Made by a program: the position numbers and the translations under genes | NCBI GenBank assembly: GCA_964016885.1 | Contig: OZ024740.1 | Span: forward strand, 292,082,001 to 292,146,000 | Direction: 5' to 3' | Origin: Eledone cirrhosa | Taxonomy: Eukaryota | Length of the DNA stretch: 64,000 nt | The notes under the pieces: generated by a model | Databases searched by the model: none | What the model was told of the DNA's origin: nothing | The model's input: the letters and a program-made list of their open reading frames with translations, nothing else | In this document: piece by piece, positions 40,388-54,905 of the stretch | Layout of the letters: each line of letters starts with the position of its first letter | How positions within the stretch are numbered: position 1 is the stretch's first letter

Positions 40388-40395
<8 letters not shown>
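39954..40395 (+). mobile_element. 370-bp PLE pLTR/retrozyme-like unit with 72-bp terminal direct repeats and a minimal hammerhead
   Basis: Direct repeats 39954-40025 and 40324-40395; C-CTGATGA-AGGGC-TTAT-GCCC-GAAA-CG-TC-G at 40271-40300; flanked by (TA)n. Confidence 0.8.
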
Positions 40396-40465
<70 letters not shown>

Positions 40466-40467
<2 letters not shown>

Positions 40468-41033
40468 CGGACAGACGTTCATCCACGAAACTCGCAAGCC
40501 ACGTATGGTCCCTCAAGGACTCAAGTATAGACTACTCCATTCAATGGAAAGCCATCACTATGTCCAAGCCATACGCAAGGGGAAATCCATCGTGTGGACT
40601 ATGTATTGATGAACGAATAAATATTCTAAAGAGATTATGCAATAGTGAGTGCCTAAACACGAGAAATGAATTCTTCACACGTTGTCCACACGTCTCGAAA
40701 CACCTCTTACATAACTACAAAGCTCCGGATTGAATCACAACAACATCCTAATTTTCTTATCAACTAGAAACTTTTCGGACTTTTGCAGTTATCTCCCTTA
40801 CACCTCGCACGCTTTTTAGTATTGCCTGTGTGAAGTGACGGTTTCTGCGCATGCGCGTTCGTACGGTTGTCCTTCCTGTTCCGTATAACCATGTCCATTA
40901 CGAGCTGAGGATCCGCTAAGGTGAAACAATTGTTCTCGGCATGGTGAACTAACTGTTGTGTAACCACTTCTACCTAACTCGTCCCATGGCCTGAGTGCTC
41001 TACCACTACGGATATTACCTTCCAGTGTTCTAC

Positions 41034-41036
<3 letters not shown>
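40466..41036 (+). mobile_element. Penelope-like 3' end: GIY-YIG C-terminus and hammerhead (40901-40938)
   Basis: STKLASHVWSLK...CGLCIDE...LNTRNEFFTRCPH; CGAG-CTGAGGA-TCC-GCTAA-GGT-GAAA-CAATTG-TT-CTCG; flanked by (TA)n. Confidence 0.85.
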
Positions 41037-41091
<55 letters not shown>

Positions 41092-41095
<4 letters not shown>

Positions 41096-41328
41096 ATGAA
41101 AGGCAAAGTTAACCTCAGCAGGATTGGAACTCAGACCGTAAAGGGGCGTAACTCTATGCTGCAAAGCATGGCGTCCGACCCTCTACCGATACTGCTAATC
41201 CACCGCCCTTAATAATTGTTTCTATTTTTGGCATAAGGCCACCAATAACCCAGTGCATTACTGGTACTTTATTTTATCGGCCCTGTAAGGATGAAAGGCA
41301 AAGTTAACCTCAGCAAGATTTGAACTGC
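41092..41328 (-). mobile_element. Two partial SINE copies, main family
   Basis: 5' half at 41092-41210 and 3' part at 41211-41328. Confidence 0.85.
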
Positions 41329-41738
41329 AAATTATGGCGTGATCATGTCACAGCTATATCAGTTATTGTGTTAGAACGCCAGTCACTGGTGTTTAAGTGA
41401 AATCAATTTCGCATTGTATGCAAATGAACATTCCCTGCAGATATTTTATACGCAAAAAGTATATAATCTATAACTTATTTTTCTCTCAGATCTGAATGAG
41501 TAAACTTCATTGATGGTGGATTTGATCATGAAACACCAGTACCAGGCGTGTCAGACGTCTAACGAGATATTTGTGACTTGATCACAACTTTAAATATTTA
41601 TTGCAAGACTTATCTTCATATGATTAGTTTAGTCATAGTATAACTAATGTTTTTATTGAGGGAGAGGTAGAATAGTTTTCTTTTTTAAGGTATGTTTAAG
41701 GTAGGTGTAATGTGTTTTGTTGTTGAGTTTATAATATA

Positions 41739-42495
<757 letters not shown>

Positions 42496-43669
42496 TTCTC
42501 TGCGTTGATTGATTGATTTATTTTTTGTATTTACCTACGCTGTTTCATTTGATAATATGGTGATGATATATTTTTGACAACCCTGAATTTACCATGAAAA
42601 TATATTGCACAAAATATGATTTAAAACTACACAAGCAAGACTGGGCTTCATGTTAAAATAATCACTAATTAGAAATATACTGAAATTCAGTATAGTCGAT
42701 ACTAATACTGGAGTGCTGTATAGTATGTATAATAGTATTGTTGTATTTATGCAAGTACTTGTAACAAATACTATCAGCAAGGACAATTCAAATAATTTGC
42801 TCTAAACAAAGATTCTTCTTACCCCCATAATGCTCGCCGTGTTTTCAAAACTCTCAAAGGTCGTAAACGTGTTTATCACTCGCCACACGGAATAGCAAAG
42901 GTAGAGAGAATTAGTAATACTAGAAAGACACAATTGATGACTGTAATGATAGCTTAAATGATGCTTTGTCAGTGAACTGTACGTGATGTTTAAGGAAAGC
43001 ATAAGCAATTAAACAAAATGATTAAGTGGAAATTGGGAAAGGTGTATATGAAAACATACTAACTGGCCCTTTGCCGTAAAAAAATTACGGCAAATTGTAA
43101 TATGTATACATAATATAAAACACAGATGTTTGTTTGTTTGTTGGTTGGTTGGTTCCTTCGCATTCACACACGTGATACAAACATACAAACACACAGTGAA
43201 TGTGTGTAGTCAAATCGCTACACATACAAACACACATCTGTGACGAATCTTAGTTTCTCACCCCTCCTTCCTCAGTCATTGCATAGATGTGTATGTATAG
43301 AATAATTATTTGTTGTAGGTGTGTCTGTTTATATATATGTATAGATAGATTCATGTGTGTTTGTAATTCTATTTTCTATGTATCTTTCTAAATAAACACA
43401 TATACACTCACACAAATATTATACATAAATATAATTTACACTAACACACATATACGCACACACAAACACACACATAATCATAACAGCCAAAGCGTGTAGC
43501 CAATTCACTATACATATAGACACACAGATGTAGCGAATATTGGACCCTGCACCCCTTTCTTTCTCAGTTTGTCATAACCCCTTACTTCCTCACACATCTC
43601 CTGTGACGGACAAATACACAACGCATTTTATATTAGTAGAAGATACGATATGTTTATGTATAATAAACA

Positions 43670-43950
43670 AGGACGTTGTAAAGAGAGACATCAACACGGA
43701 GTCCTGGGAGGGCCTCACAGTTGACCGAACACGATGGAGGAGCACACTAAATAAATGCCTAAAGTCAGAGAAGGAGACGTTAATGACCGCAACAGCTGAC
43801 AAGCAGGCCCGGCGAAAGAAGTGCTGCAACTTCAACAGACTAGAGATCATACATAGATGTGGCCTATGTGACAGAGACTGCCAGTCACACATAGGTCTGT
43901 TTAGCCATAGGAGGTGCTGCTCCAGCTGAGCAGACAGCAACTGGGATACA
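43670..43950 (+). mobile_element. RTE/BovB-like LINE 3' fragment
   Basis: INTESWE...DRTRWR...CGLCDRDCQSHIGLFSHRRCC, a terminal C2H2-like finger. Confidence 0.8.
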
Positions 43951-43956
43951 ACTTAA

Positions 43957-44031
43957 GCTGTCTGATGAGATCATGGCACTGGGTACACGGAATCGCGTGG
44001 CCACTGTCGTCATTGAAATATGTATCACAGC
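43957..44031 (+). ncRNA. Type I hammerhead with extended stem II
   Basis: GCTGT-CTGATGA-[46-nt hairpin GATCATGGCACTGGGTACACG-GAAT-CGCGTGGCCACTGTCGTCATT]-GAAA-TATGTA-TC-ACAGC. Confidence 0.8.
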
Positions 44032-44218
44032 CTTATCAATAAAGGACTTTAACATCTGAAACTACTTCGCATTTTCTTATTCTAAATATACTCCGTCATT
44101 TTATGTGGAAAAAGTACGTAGAGTGCTTCAATTGAATTCCATCAACAGCTACCGTAAGTATATATATATATAATTATAAAAATAAATATATATATATGTA
44201 TATATATATATATATGTA

Positions 44219-44276
<58 letters not shown>

Positions 44277-44660
44277 CATATATACATTGTTATACTTTGG
44301 GAGGGTCATAACAATATCGGTTTCAACACACGTTTTCAGATAAAGAATCTTGCTAAACAAATTCAGAAACGAAATATATATCTACGCGCTTATAAATTCA
44401 CCCAGCTTATGCTGACAGAATAACTATGTAGCTTGTGCCCTTCCTATCTACGGTTAGCTTTCCTCTTTGTTGTTTACTTGTCTCACTCGCTTTACGCGTT
44501 TTAATTGTCCTAATAACTTAATTTAGTTATTATTGCACCAACGTGAGGTATATGATTTTTAATGCAATGAAATATCTATGATCGTTGGCAAATCACTGAT
44601 GAGGGACTCATTTTATAACATGTTATCCATGTGCAACCTGCAGTATTCTTCTCCCCATTT

Positions 44661-44723
<63 letters not shown>

Positions 44724-44883
44724 AACGAGTAGGACCCCGACGACTGAGCTCAATCCGTTTCAACGGCTAATTCTGGACGCCTAATTTGGTGCGTTATGGT
44801 CCACCTGGTTCCTTACCACATTTCCTTCGTTATATATATATATATATATATATACATATATATACACATATATATATATATAC

Positions 44884-44976
<93 letters not shown>

Positions 44977-44982
44977 TATATA

Positions 44983-45597
44983 TAGAAAAGATGAATATAA
45001 AATGAAAGTGCTTTTATAAAGGAATTTATTAGGTATTGACATATGTTTCTGTAACAGACGGAATACCTATGTATCGCTGCTTGCGTAATCATATAATGTT
45101 AGCAAGTATTCGATAGCAAATGTATAATCAGTTGTCACTTCTTCAGAGAAATTGGAAAAAAATCGGAAAAATCAAAGTATTTATATTAGTTGTAAGAAAG
45201 GAAGAAGAGAAGGGATAGTATATGACAGATGGCAATTCAATTTGCTGGTAAACAAGTATATAGAAGGTTTTTAATGAGAATACAATGAAATACAATGAAA
45301 TACAATAACAATTCTTATCTAAATAAGAATTTTTGGGAGTGCCTATTTTAATCTATATTTGACCAATTGAACAATGGACAGGGTTGGTCGTTTGGTGTAG
45401 TAGTATTAATACAGATATAAAGTGTCAAGTAATGACAAGAAGTGACAACTGATTATACATTTGCTATCGAATACTTGCTAACATTATATGATTACGCAAG
45501 CAGCGATACATAGGTATTCCGTCTGTTACAGAAACATATGTCAATACCTAATAAATTCCTTCATAAAAGCACTTTCATTTTATATTCATCTTTTCTA
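44983..45597. repeat. ~160-bp inverted repeat with 290-bp spacer, containing a long-stem-II hammerhead-like motif
   Basis: 44983-45143 mirrors 45437-45597. Minus: CTGAAGA-AGTGACA...TGTTACA-GAAA-CATATG-TC, with weak stem I. Confidence 0.8.
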
Positions 45598-45698
45598 CAT
45601 TTTCTCCGGAATATAATTTATACTCGTTGAGCAAACCTACACGTATGCTGTTCATCTCTAACGTGACGATATATTATCACTACATTATTGATAACTTG

Positions 45699-45766
<68 letters not shown>

Positions 45767-45876
45767 CTTGATCACCTTGACCGACCAGTCTGTCGGGCGC
45801 CATTCGGCGCCGCTGGTCACAGCACGTGCTGTTTTAGCCATACGATGACGTCATCCCACTGGCTGGGCGGGCAGGC

Positions 45877-46011
<135 letters not shown>

Positions 46012-46082
46012 TATTGAAGTTTCCTTGTCTGACGAACGAAACCTCTGGTAATGAGGTAATTATATTGTATTGTTTATTATAC

Positions 46083-46131
<49 letters not shown>

Positions 46132-46272
46132 CTAAAAAACATTATGCTCGGTACACTCTCCTAAAGGATGAGGTTCTTTGCATTTGGTAATAAACTGGTA
46201 TTATACTCAATTTATTTATCTTCAATATATATATATACACATTCATTTATTATGGTTTATTATGGTCAGCTT

Positions 46273-46343
46273 TGTTACTCTAAAGTTTCACCTGCGCACT
46301 TACAGGATCACCACTCATGTCTGATGATCCTGTGAGTACGCAC
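46273..46343. ncRNA. Hammerhead split across a fold-back junction
   Basis: Minus 46313-46273: TGGTGA-TCCTGT-AAGTGC-GCAGGT-GAAA-CTTTAGAG-TA-ACA. Plus 46318-46343: TGT-CTGATGA-TCCTGTGAGTACGCA. Confidence 0.65.
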
Positions 46344-46344
46344 C

Positions 46345-47543
46345 CCTAAACTTTCCCCCTCTCTATATCTACTAAACGACATTCTCCAATTATCCCTCTC
46401 TCTATATCTACAACTACCAAATTCTCCCCCACTCTATATCTAACATACAAAACACTCTCCCAATCCCCCCCCTGTATATCATCTCCAAACTCTCCCTCCT
46501 CACCATCTCTATCACACTCTCTCGTAATCGTTCTCTCTCTTTCCAATACAAACTCTCCCCTCTATATCTTTTACGACAAAGTCTCACCCAGTCCCCCTCT
46601 ATACATTTAGGAATATTTATCTCTCCAACCTCCTCGTTATATCTACAAACATTGAAGTGTACCCCCTCTCTATATCTACTATACGACACTCTCTCTCCCA
46701 AACACCGTCTCTATATCAATTACCACCAAACTATACCCCTCTCTATATCTGCCATACATCACTCTCTCTCATTCCTTCTCACTCTATCCATCACTACCAA
46801 ACTCTCTCCCTCCCTATATCTAACAATACCTATCTCTAGCAATCCTCTCACTCTATTCATTACCACCAAACTCTCCCCCTCTCTACATCAACCATACAAT
46901 ACACTTTCCCAATCCCTCTATATATCAATGAGCATCAAACTCTCCCCTTCTCTATATCTACTACACGGAACTCTCTTCCAGTACCCCTCTCTACATCAAT
47001 AAACATCAATCTCTTCCCCTCTCTATATCTAATATACAACACACTCTCCCAACCCCCCTCACTATATCAATGACCACCAAACTATTCCCCTCTCTACATC
47101 GACCATACAACACTCTCTCCCAATCCCCCTCTCTATATAAATTAACACCAAATCTCCCCCTCTCTATATCTACTACAGGGAACTCCCTTCCAATTCCCTT
47201 CTCTATATCAATTTACATCAACCGATCTCCCTCTCTCTATCTACCATACAACACTCTCTCTCATTCCCTCTAACTCTATCCATCACTACCAAAACCTCCC
47301 TCTCTATATACCTATCAATCCTCTCACTCTATTCATTGCCATTCTCTATATTTACCTCTCGGAACTCTCTTCCTATCCCCCCTCTCTATATCAATTAACA
47401 CCAAACTTTCCCTCTCTGTATATCTACTACACGGAACTCTCTTTCAATCCCCCTCTCTATATCAATAGACATTAATCTCTCCTCATCTCTATATCTAATA
47501 TACCACACACTTTCCCAGTTTTCCTCTCTATATCAATTACCAC
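46345..47543 (+). repeat. Degenerate CT-rich minisatellite (~31-bp units, CTCTATATCAATTACCACCAAACTCTCCCCT); resumes at 53245-53310
   Basis: Recurrent CCCTCTCTATATC motif roughly every 30 bp. Confidence 0.85.
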
Positions 47544-47743
47544 TTGATATAGACGTGAATTACTTCGCTCCGGATTTGTACGGATTATTGTAAAAAAACT
47601 GTGAGTTCATTGCTCAATTTAATAGCATTGTTTAGTTTAACCCCTTGCCTGGGCCTTCAGACGTTGAGTCAACTAATTTTCGCCCCTTTCTGGGGCAAAA
47701 TTTTTATTTTCATCTCAAAACTGTGTAGACTTGGTAGTCAGCA

Positions 47744-49536
47744 ATGGATGCCATTTCAACCTCGCACACTGTCGTGAGTGCCACGCCCACTAAGAAAAGT
47801 GGTGGAGGGAAGGTGGGAGTACAAAGCTTGCAGCCTTCCCCCCTCGCATTATCGAAAAACGTTGAAAATATTGAAACCACGAAACCAAACCCGGTAAATA
47901 ATACCAGCACCAACAACAAGAACAATGACAATAGCACCACAACCAACAACTGCAACAATAGCAACACCAAGGAAAACATAAACAATATTACCAACAGTGA
48001 CAACAACAGCAGCAACAAAAAAGACAACAACACCAAAACAACATTCGCACAGACTGTAAAAAAAACGAACTATACACGCCAATAGACATAACAAATGCTA
48101 AACAACAAGACGCAAAACAATTCGTGACTTTTGGCGAAAACGGTGCTTTTAGCATCAATTCTCCACAGGAATTACGTAGAGAGGCTGTCCTGAAAACCAC
48201 AGTTTTCAGGACAATATCGAACGAAACAAGAAAACCAGCTCAATTATCACAAAAAGAAATTGAGCTGGTTCTAAAAGATGCAATGAAGGACTTAACCTTC
48301 ATACAAAAAGGTAAACTGTTTGGTAGCATTTCGGTGCTAATGAACAACCAGTCAACAGCACAAAAGTACTCGATATCGCCCATTGTGTCCACCCGCTTCA
48401 CCTTTTTCCCCACATATAGGGGAAAAAGGACACAAAGAATAAAAATAATGAGTATCACACCAAATGTAAATATTTGGTGGATACTATGTGGAATCATTGA
48501 CTTTGATGAAGACAAGATAATTTCAATAGGAAAGTCCTCCGGAGGTGTATTTGGTGGGACCAGCGTAGAAGTTCTGGTGCAAATGAGCCCAGAACGAATA
48601 GCGAATATCCCACAACGCGTGCCTCTGGACGGGCTAACTTATATAAACATTTCAGTGGGGGGAAGGCGGCCGTCATGTTACCACTGCTTAAGCAGGGGTC
48701 ACCTGAGGGCTGCCTGTCCTCAATTAACGAGTAAAAAAAAAGGCTCTTCTGCCAACCCCGAACACAACAACACAACCACCACCACCACCACCACCACCAC
48801 CACCACCACAACACAGAAAAATAACAACACAAAACACTGTTCCACCCAATCCCTCCCCACCTAAAACAAATACAAAAGCAACCACAACAAAACCCAAAAA
48901 TATACCCCTCCCCAAAAACACGGAAGAGGACTCCGTATCAACGTCACCCAGTGACGACGAGGGAGAACCCTTTCAACAGGTGAAAAGGAAAAAAAAAGGC
49001 ACCACATTAACAAAAATGCTACAAACACACAACCACCAGCACAAACAGAACAAACATCACAAACAAAAAACCCACCCCTCCCCAAAACATAACATACTAC
49101 AAAACGCAAACACGCACAAGAACAACAAACAAAAACAAACACAACACAACAAAAACTCTATACATACATTAACAAGAACAATAAAACTTTAATGAAAGCG
49201 ATAGAAAATAACCCTTCGGTGGAAACCGAAGGGATCACTTTCACCTACGCAGCGAACAAACCGCACCTAATGATGATTAGGGTCCTAACGGAAACCTATG
49301 TAACTTTGAAAAAGAACCACCCAATGCATGTGGGGACCAACTGCACCAAACCACTTAACCACGTCCTATTGAGATGTTTCCCCACCCCCACACCAGACAC
49401 CCACACCCCACCAAACACCCTAATGCCACCACACACTGATGTCCTCACCCCACCACAAACCACCACCCCACCAAACAACCCTTCCAACACCCCCATGGAA
49501 ATTGTGCAGCCTGGTCCCCAGGAGACGAAGAGGTAA
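47744..49536 (+). pseudogene. Tx1-like ORF1 (Gag-like, CCHC knuckle), disrupted
   Basis: Asn/Thr-rich N-terminus, globular region, CYHCLSRGHLRAAC knuckle, SDDEGEPFQQVKRKKK motif; several frameshifts. Confidence 0.85.
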
Positions 49537-49578
49537 GTAATTTCCTTTGCTCTTCCTTTTTAACTCTTCAGCACCAAC

Positions 49579-52500
49579 ATGGCCAATATAAGAGTTGGAT
49601 GTGTGAATGCACGCGGCCTGGGAATGTCCTGGAAACAGGGCAAACTCTTAAATGACCCCAGGTCGCACAGAGTGGATGTAATGGTTATTTGCGAGTCCAG
49701 GATCAACAGCGAGCGCCAACTGGCCCTCATCTTCGACGACTTTGAGATCTACGCATCTCTCTGTCAGCCGAGGGGGGGGGGGTTGTCGTTCTGCTGCGAA
49801 AATACCTGGGTCTTGCCACACAGAAGGTACGCCTGGACCCGGAGGGTCGACTGGTGGTTTTAGACGTCGGCAGTGGTGAAGGTGGAGCTTTCAGGCTGGT
49901 GGCAGCGTATGCCCAATCTGGGACACCGCGACCGGACTTCTTCCGACGCCTGGAGAATTTCCTGGGAACGTCTCGCTCCTTGCTTTTAGTGGGGGACTGG
50001 AATGGTATCCTGGATGTACGTTGGGACTATGTAGGGGCATGTCCCGATAGAGGGCGGTATAACAGCCTCAAACGATTAATCGGCCGATTTGATCTGGCCG
50101 ATAGATATCGACTAGATTTTCCGACTGTGCCACTGCGGACGTGGACTAATCGCAGCGGAACATCTAGGTCGTACCTAGATAGGTTCCTAGTTAGAAATAA
50201 GGATAGGGACATATTAAGCTGTCCACAAATGTTCATGGTTGACTATTCGGATCACAAGTTGGTGACCGGAGTGGTCAACCTTGATAGAACTCATAGACAG
50301 GGACCCGGTTACTGGAAGCTAAACTTGTCTTTACCGACAAACAAAGCTTACAGTAAGCGGATTAGCACACTAGTTAAGCAGCGTTTGACGGGGGAAATTG
50401 TCAACAGCAGGTGGTGGGGATCTCTCAAGAGAGAAATTAGAATAGAATCGATAGGTTTTAGTCGGGAATTAGCATCAGATAGGAATAGAACTGAAAGGGA
50501 TTAACAAATAGAGTAGAAGAGGCGATTAGGAGTGGCAACGTGGCCGGCGTGCTGGCGTCAAGAACGGCCCTAGACCAGTTCTTTGATGCGAAGCACGAGG
50601 GCTGCGTTGTCAGGAGTAAAATACGTGCTCTGGGTAACGAGGGAGCCAAAACTGTTAGCTGGGCCCGAGTGACAGAGGCAAAAAGTGGAAACAAGTCCAC
50701 GATTCGGTCTTTGAAGGACCAGGATGGATGCGTGATCCTTGAACCTGAGCGGATGAGCGCGGCCTTTCAACAGCGCTTTGCACAACTGTTCGGGAGGGGC
50801 GGCGGGCCGGGTGGGGCCATGGATTTCGGTCCATACCTCGACGGTCTGGCGCGGCTCTCGGACGGGGAGGCGAAGTCCTGCGAGAGGCCGATTTCAGCCG
50901 CTGAAATAGGGGATGCGCTGAGCCAATGCAGCAAACGCAAATCTCCGGGTCTCGATGGTCTACCATACGAACTTTATGTAGCGATGCCGGGCTTGTTCTC
51001 CGGTCTCCTCGAGGCGGTCTACTGCAACTGGCAACAGAACGGGAGAATTCCCAGTTCTGTGACCAAGGGCGTAGTTACGCTGGTGAGGAAGGACGAGAAC
51101 AAGGGGGATGACATAGATAACTTCAGGCCCATAACTCTGCTAAACACAGAGTTAAAGATTTTGGCCAAGGTGTTAGCGAAGAGGTTGGCGCTTGTCGTCG
51201 GGAACCTGGTGGGAGAAGCGCAGACATGCGCAATCCCGTCCAGGTCCATACACGACAACCTCCACCTCATGCGATACATCGTAGAGAGGGTAGGGAACGA
51301 ACCCGGCTTTGGTGGGGCCCTGATCAACTTGGATCAATCTAAGGCGTTCGATAGGGTTGATCATCGTTACCTGGATGCGGTGCTCGCGGTGGCAGGCTTC
51401 GGATCCGTTTTCAGGGGCTGGATTGCTGCAATGCACAGCAGCAACACCTGCTCGAGGGTCAAGGTGAACGGCTACCTCTCGGAGCCGTTCCAAATCACGC
51501 GATCCATCCGACAGGGATGCCCTCTCTCCTCCCTCCTGTATGTGCTGGCTCTCGAGCCACTACTGCGGAAGCTGGAGCTGTTGCAGGGCATCCCCTTGGA
51601 ACCGGGATTGCGGAAAGCGGTGTCGGCCTACGCCGATGACGTGACAGTAATGGTGTCGTGCGCCTCGGAAATCGGGCAGATCGGCACCTTACTGGAGGAA
51701 TATGAAAGATTCACAGGAGCTAAGCTGAACCGGGACAAGTCCGTCGGCTTGCAACTCGGGACGTGGAGGGGAAAAACGATGCCCTCCGACGACATCATCG
51801 GACTCTGGACGGAGGGACCGGTGAAGCTGCTTGGGGTCTGGTTCGGACCGGACCTCCAGGTGGAGAAACACTGGGACGAGATAACGGGCAAGGTGTTTGC
51901 ACTCGCCCAGAAGTGGGCCGAGTGCAAACTATCCCTGAAAGGTCGAGCGGAGGTGGCGAACGCTTATATAGCGTCTGTCATCTACTACCTCTTTACCGTC
52001 GTGCCTTGCCCAGAGTAACACTCGCCAAAATGGAGCGCGCGCTCTTCCGATTTCTTTGGAAGAAGCGGGCTCCTTTGGTGAGAAGATCCATCTGCTGTCA
52101 ACACCCTTCGAGCGGAGGGCTGGGGATGCCGTGACTGACGATGCGTAGACACGCATTAAGGCTACGGCACCTCCAGGTATTCCTCAGCCGGTGTGGGCCC
52201 TGTTTGTGAGGCGAGCCTTTCCGAAACTTGTCTCACTCACCGAACTGCAATCCTGGGTCAAGCAAAGACCGACTAAAGTGGGCGACTGGCACATTGAATG
52301 TACCCAGGCGCTCACGGCCCTCTGGCAAGCGGATCCGGCAATCAGTGGAGACTCAACCTCAACATTCTATAGAGGGTTGGTGCGCATAAGTGCGACGATG
52401 CTCTCGGAGAGGCTCTGGGCATGGAGGAAGATGAGCTGGCCAGTCTGTTCGGTAGGACGTTTGGCCCGGGACCGATGGACAACTTCCAAAAGTCCCTGGC

Positions 52501-53001
52501 TTGGCAATGTTACCGAGGAGCTCTACCCGTTCGGGACAAGCTCTACAGACACGGGCCCCCGGGTAGGGACCCCTCGAAGAAGATCTATCCGAGATGCGTG
52601 CGTGACGAGGAAACCGTCGCACACGCATTCGTACACTGCCCGGGCGTTGCTGACCTGTGGGGCTATGTGGAACGACTACTGCCGCGGGTGGGACCAATCC
52701 AGTTGACCACCGAGAAAATTGTCACGATCAAACCGCCTCCCCTTTTCAAAAACGAAGGAGAGGCGGTTTTCCTCTGTGTGATAGCCATGGCAAAAGAAGT
52801 TGTATGGTGGACAAGGTTGAAAGGGCTGAGGTCAGACACCTTTCTCTCCGGCCAATCAACTGGTCTTTTTTTTCAAGTACCACTTTAGAAGAAGGATCAG
52901 AATGGAGAGAGAAGTGCTCTACCCCAGCAAGTTTTATGAAAGGTGGGTGAAAGTAGCGAGAATGGCCCGAGTGAATGGGCCCTCTCTATATATCAGCCTG
53001 T
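49579..53001 (+). pseudogene. Tx1-like ORF2 (APE and RT), disrupted
   Basis: VNARGL, GDWN, SDH, NFRPITLLN, DQSKAFD, RQGCPLS, YADD. Frameshifts near 49775, 50500, 52190, 52385, 52870; stops at 52016 and 52132. Confidence 0.93.
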
Positions 53002-53339
53002 AGGTGAGGGAGGAGAAGAATGAGAAGAGGAAGGAAGCACCCGCTCTTTGTGCTTCTGAAGAGGAGCGTTTCACATTTTTTCGGGGGTGTGTGCGACCCA
53101 TGTCAACGCCCCTCCCTATTGAGGACATCGATTGTTAAATTTAATTTGTTATATGTTTTTTACACGTCTTTTTAAATGTATGTAAACTCCCCCCTTTGTA
53201 TTTGTCCCAATCTTTGATGCCCTGGTGGCAAATAAATAGAAATTTATATCAATTACCACCAAACTCTCCCCCTTTCTATATTTATATCTATCTTTCCAAT
53301 CTATTTCTACATAACATGTACAGAAATTGTGGCGCATAT

Positions 53340-53700
53340 ACAAATAGATGTGTGTTTTGGTAGTTTGGGGAGAACAAATATTATTATTGATTGGAGGAGG
53401 GATGCCCTCCTCCAGTTCCACCGCCCCTGTTCCTACTATCTCAGTGCATTCTACAATTTTAGACACCCTAATGCCTTCATCCCCCGGGGGATGGTAAGGG
53501 AGATGCGCTGGGAGAGCCATTCCATCTCGCGAGATTCACACCTGCGGCTGGCCAGTTCAGCGCCTATGGTGGTGAGTAGGGAGGTAGCCCTAGGGCCAAG
53601 GACATCAGAAGTCTCCACTGCCAAGGGCACGACCGCAAACCTGTCGGAGAGCGACCGGTACTTGGAGAGCGACCGGTACCCGAAGTGCAGCAACATCTTG
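53340..53700 (-). mobile_element. CRE-like RLE LINE 3' fragment
   Basis: FAVVPLAVETSDVLGPRA...REMEWLSQRISLTIPRG; related to 57480-57640. Confidence 0.7.
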
Positions 53701-53790
53701 AACAAAAAATCTGAGGTAATTTCGGCTTGTAAACACCAATTGCATAACACTTTCCTGTATTACAGCCCCACATTATACCCTAACGGATAG
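53695..53790 (+). mobile_element. Tiny Penelope GIY-YIG C-terminal remnant
   Basis: LNKKSEVISACKHQ, matching LNKKSEVFAPCQH at ~26260. Confidence 0.55.
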
Positions 53791-54594
53791 TACGAACAAT
53801 ACGCGGATAATTTACGTCTTGATGTGGTAGCTAAGTATATTTTATGTTTATACCATTACTTATTTGTATAGGTAAGTATACCTTAACCGTATGTTTTGTG
53901 AAGGTACTTATACTTTTTCGTACTTATATATGCTTGTATTTGTTATAGGTGTATATATTATATTATATATACTAGTATATGTGTATATGGTTATGTGTAT
54001 ATGTGTATTATGTGTTTGTGTGCGTATGTGTGTATGCGTGTTTGCACGTATGTAAGGTGTGTATATGTGTACATTGTGGTTTGGTTGACGTACATTTGGT
54101 GAACATATGCGTATTTACCTGTAGGTATGTGTGTGCGTGCGCTATATACGTATTTATGTGTGTATATTTATATACGTTTATATAATTATATGTATACACA
54201 CACACACATATATATATATATATACATATCTTTTTTATGTGTATTTGGTGTATACATTCGTATGTGCGGGTAATGTGTCGCGCGGGTTTATGTATGCGTG
54301 CGCGTGTTTATATGTACATGCATGTATATGCATGCATGGTGGATGTTTTCGCGTTTGCACGTGTATGTACGTATATAGATATGTATATATTTAATTATTA
54401 TTGATTTTAATAACCTCTGTCATTTTCGTTCTACTAATTTATTTACATTATTCTTAACTCTGAAACCGAGAATCATTCGGTTTCCCAAATAGAATATTAG
54501 TCTACAACTTCATTTATACCATAAATGTGGTTTTGTCTTTGCGTGTAATTGTTCTCAACGTTCCACATAACGACGTATTATCTTCGCTTTTTTA

Positions 54595-54695
54595 CGTTCA
54601 TTGCCAGGGAACGTCTTCACGAACCAAAGTATCGTCTTCCTGTTTTCCTTCGGTTGCAACGTTTTTCGAAATATTTACTTCTGCGTTCACAGATT
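54595..54695 (-). repeat. Unclassified dispersed repeat; inverted copy at 63894-63994
   Basis: TTCATTGCCAGGGAACGTCTTCACGAACCAAA...CTTCTGCGTTCACAGATT is reverse-complemented at the window end. Confidence 0.8.
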
Positions 54696-54849
54696 GAATT
54701 TTTTAGCTTTCACCCTTAACGGGATCTTCTGAACTTAAACTTTTAATCTGTTATTTTAATAAATATTTGCTCTACGGTTCTTATATATTTGATATATATT
54801 TATCCTTATCGAGGCCTCTTTGGATTTTAGTTTTCAAATTTATTATTAT

Positions 54850-54905
<56 letters not shown>

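Larger units (their letters stand above)
47544..53244 (+). mobile_element. Full-length Tx1-like LINE of a second family, decayed, 15-bp TSD
   Basis: TSD TATATCAATTACCAC at 47529-47543 and 53245-53259; ORF1 47744-49536; ORF2 49579-53001; 3' end AATAAATAGAAAT with no poly(A). Confidence 0.95.
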
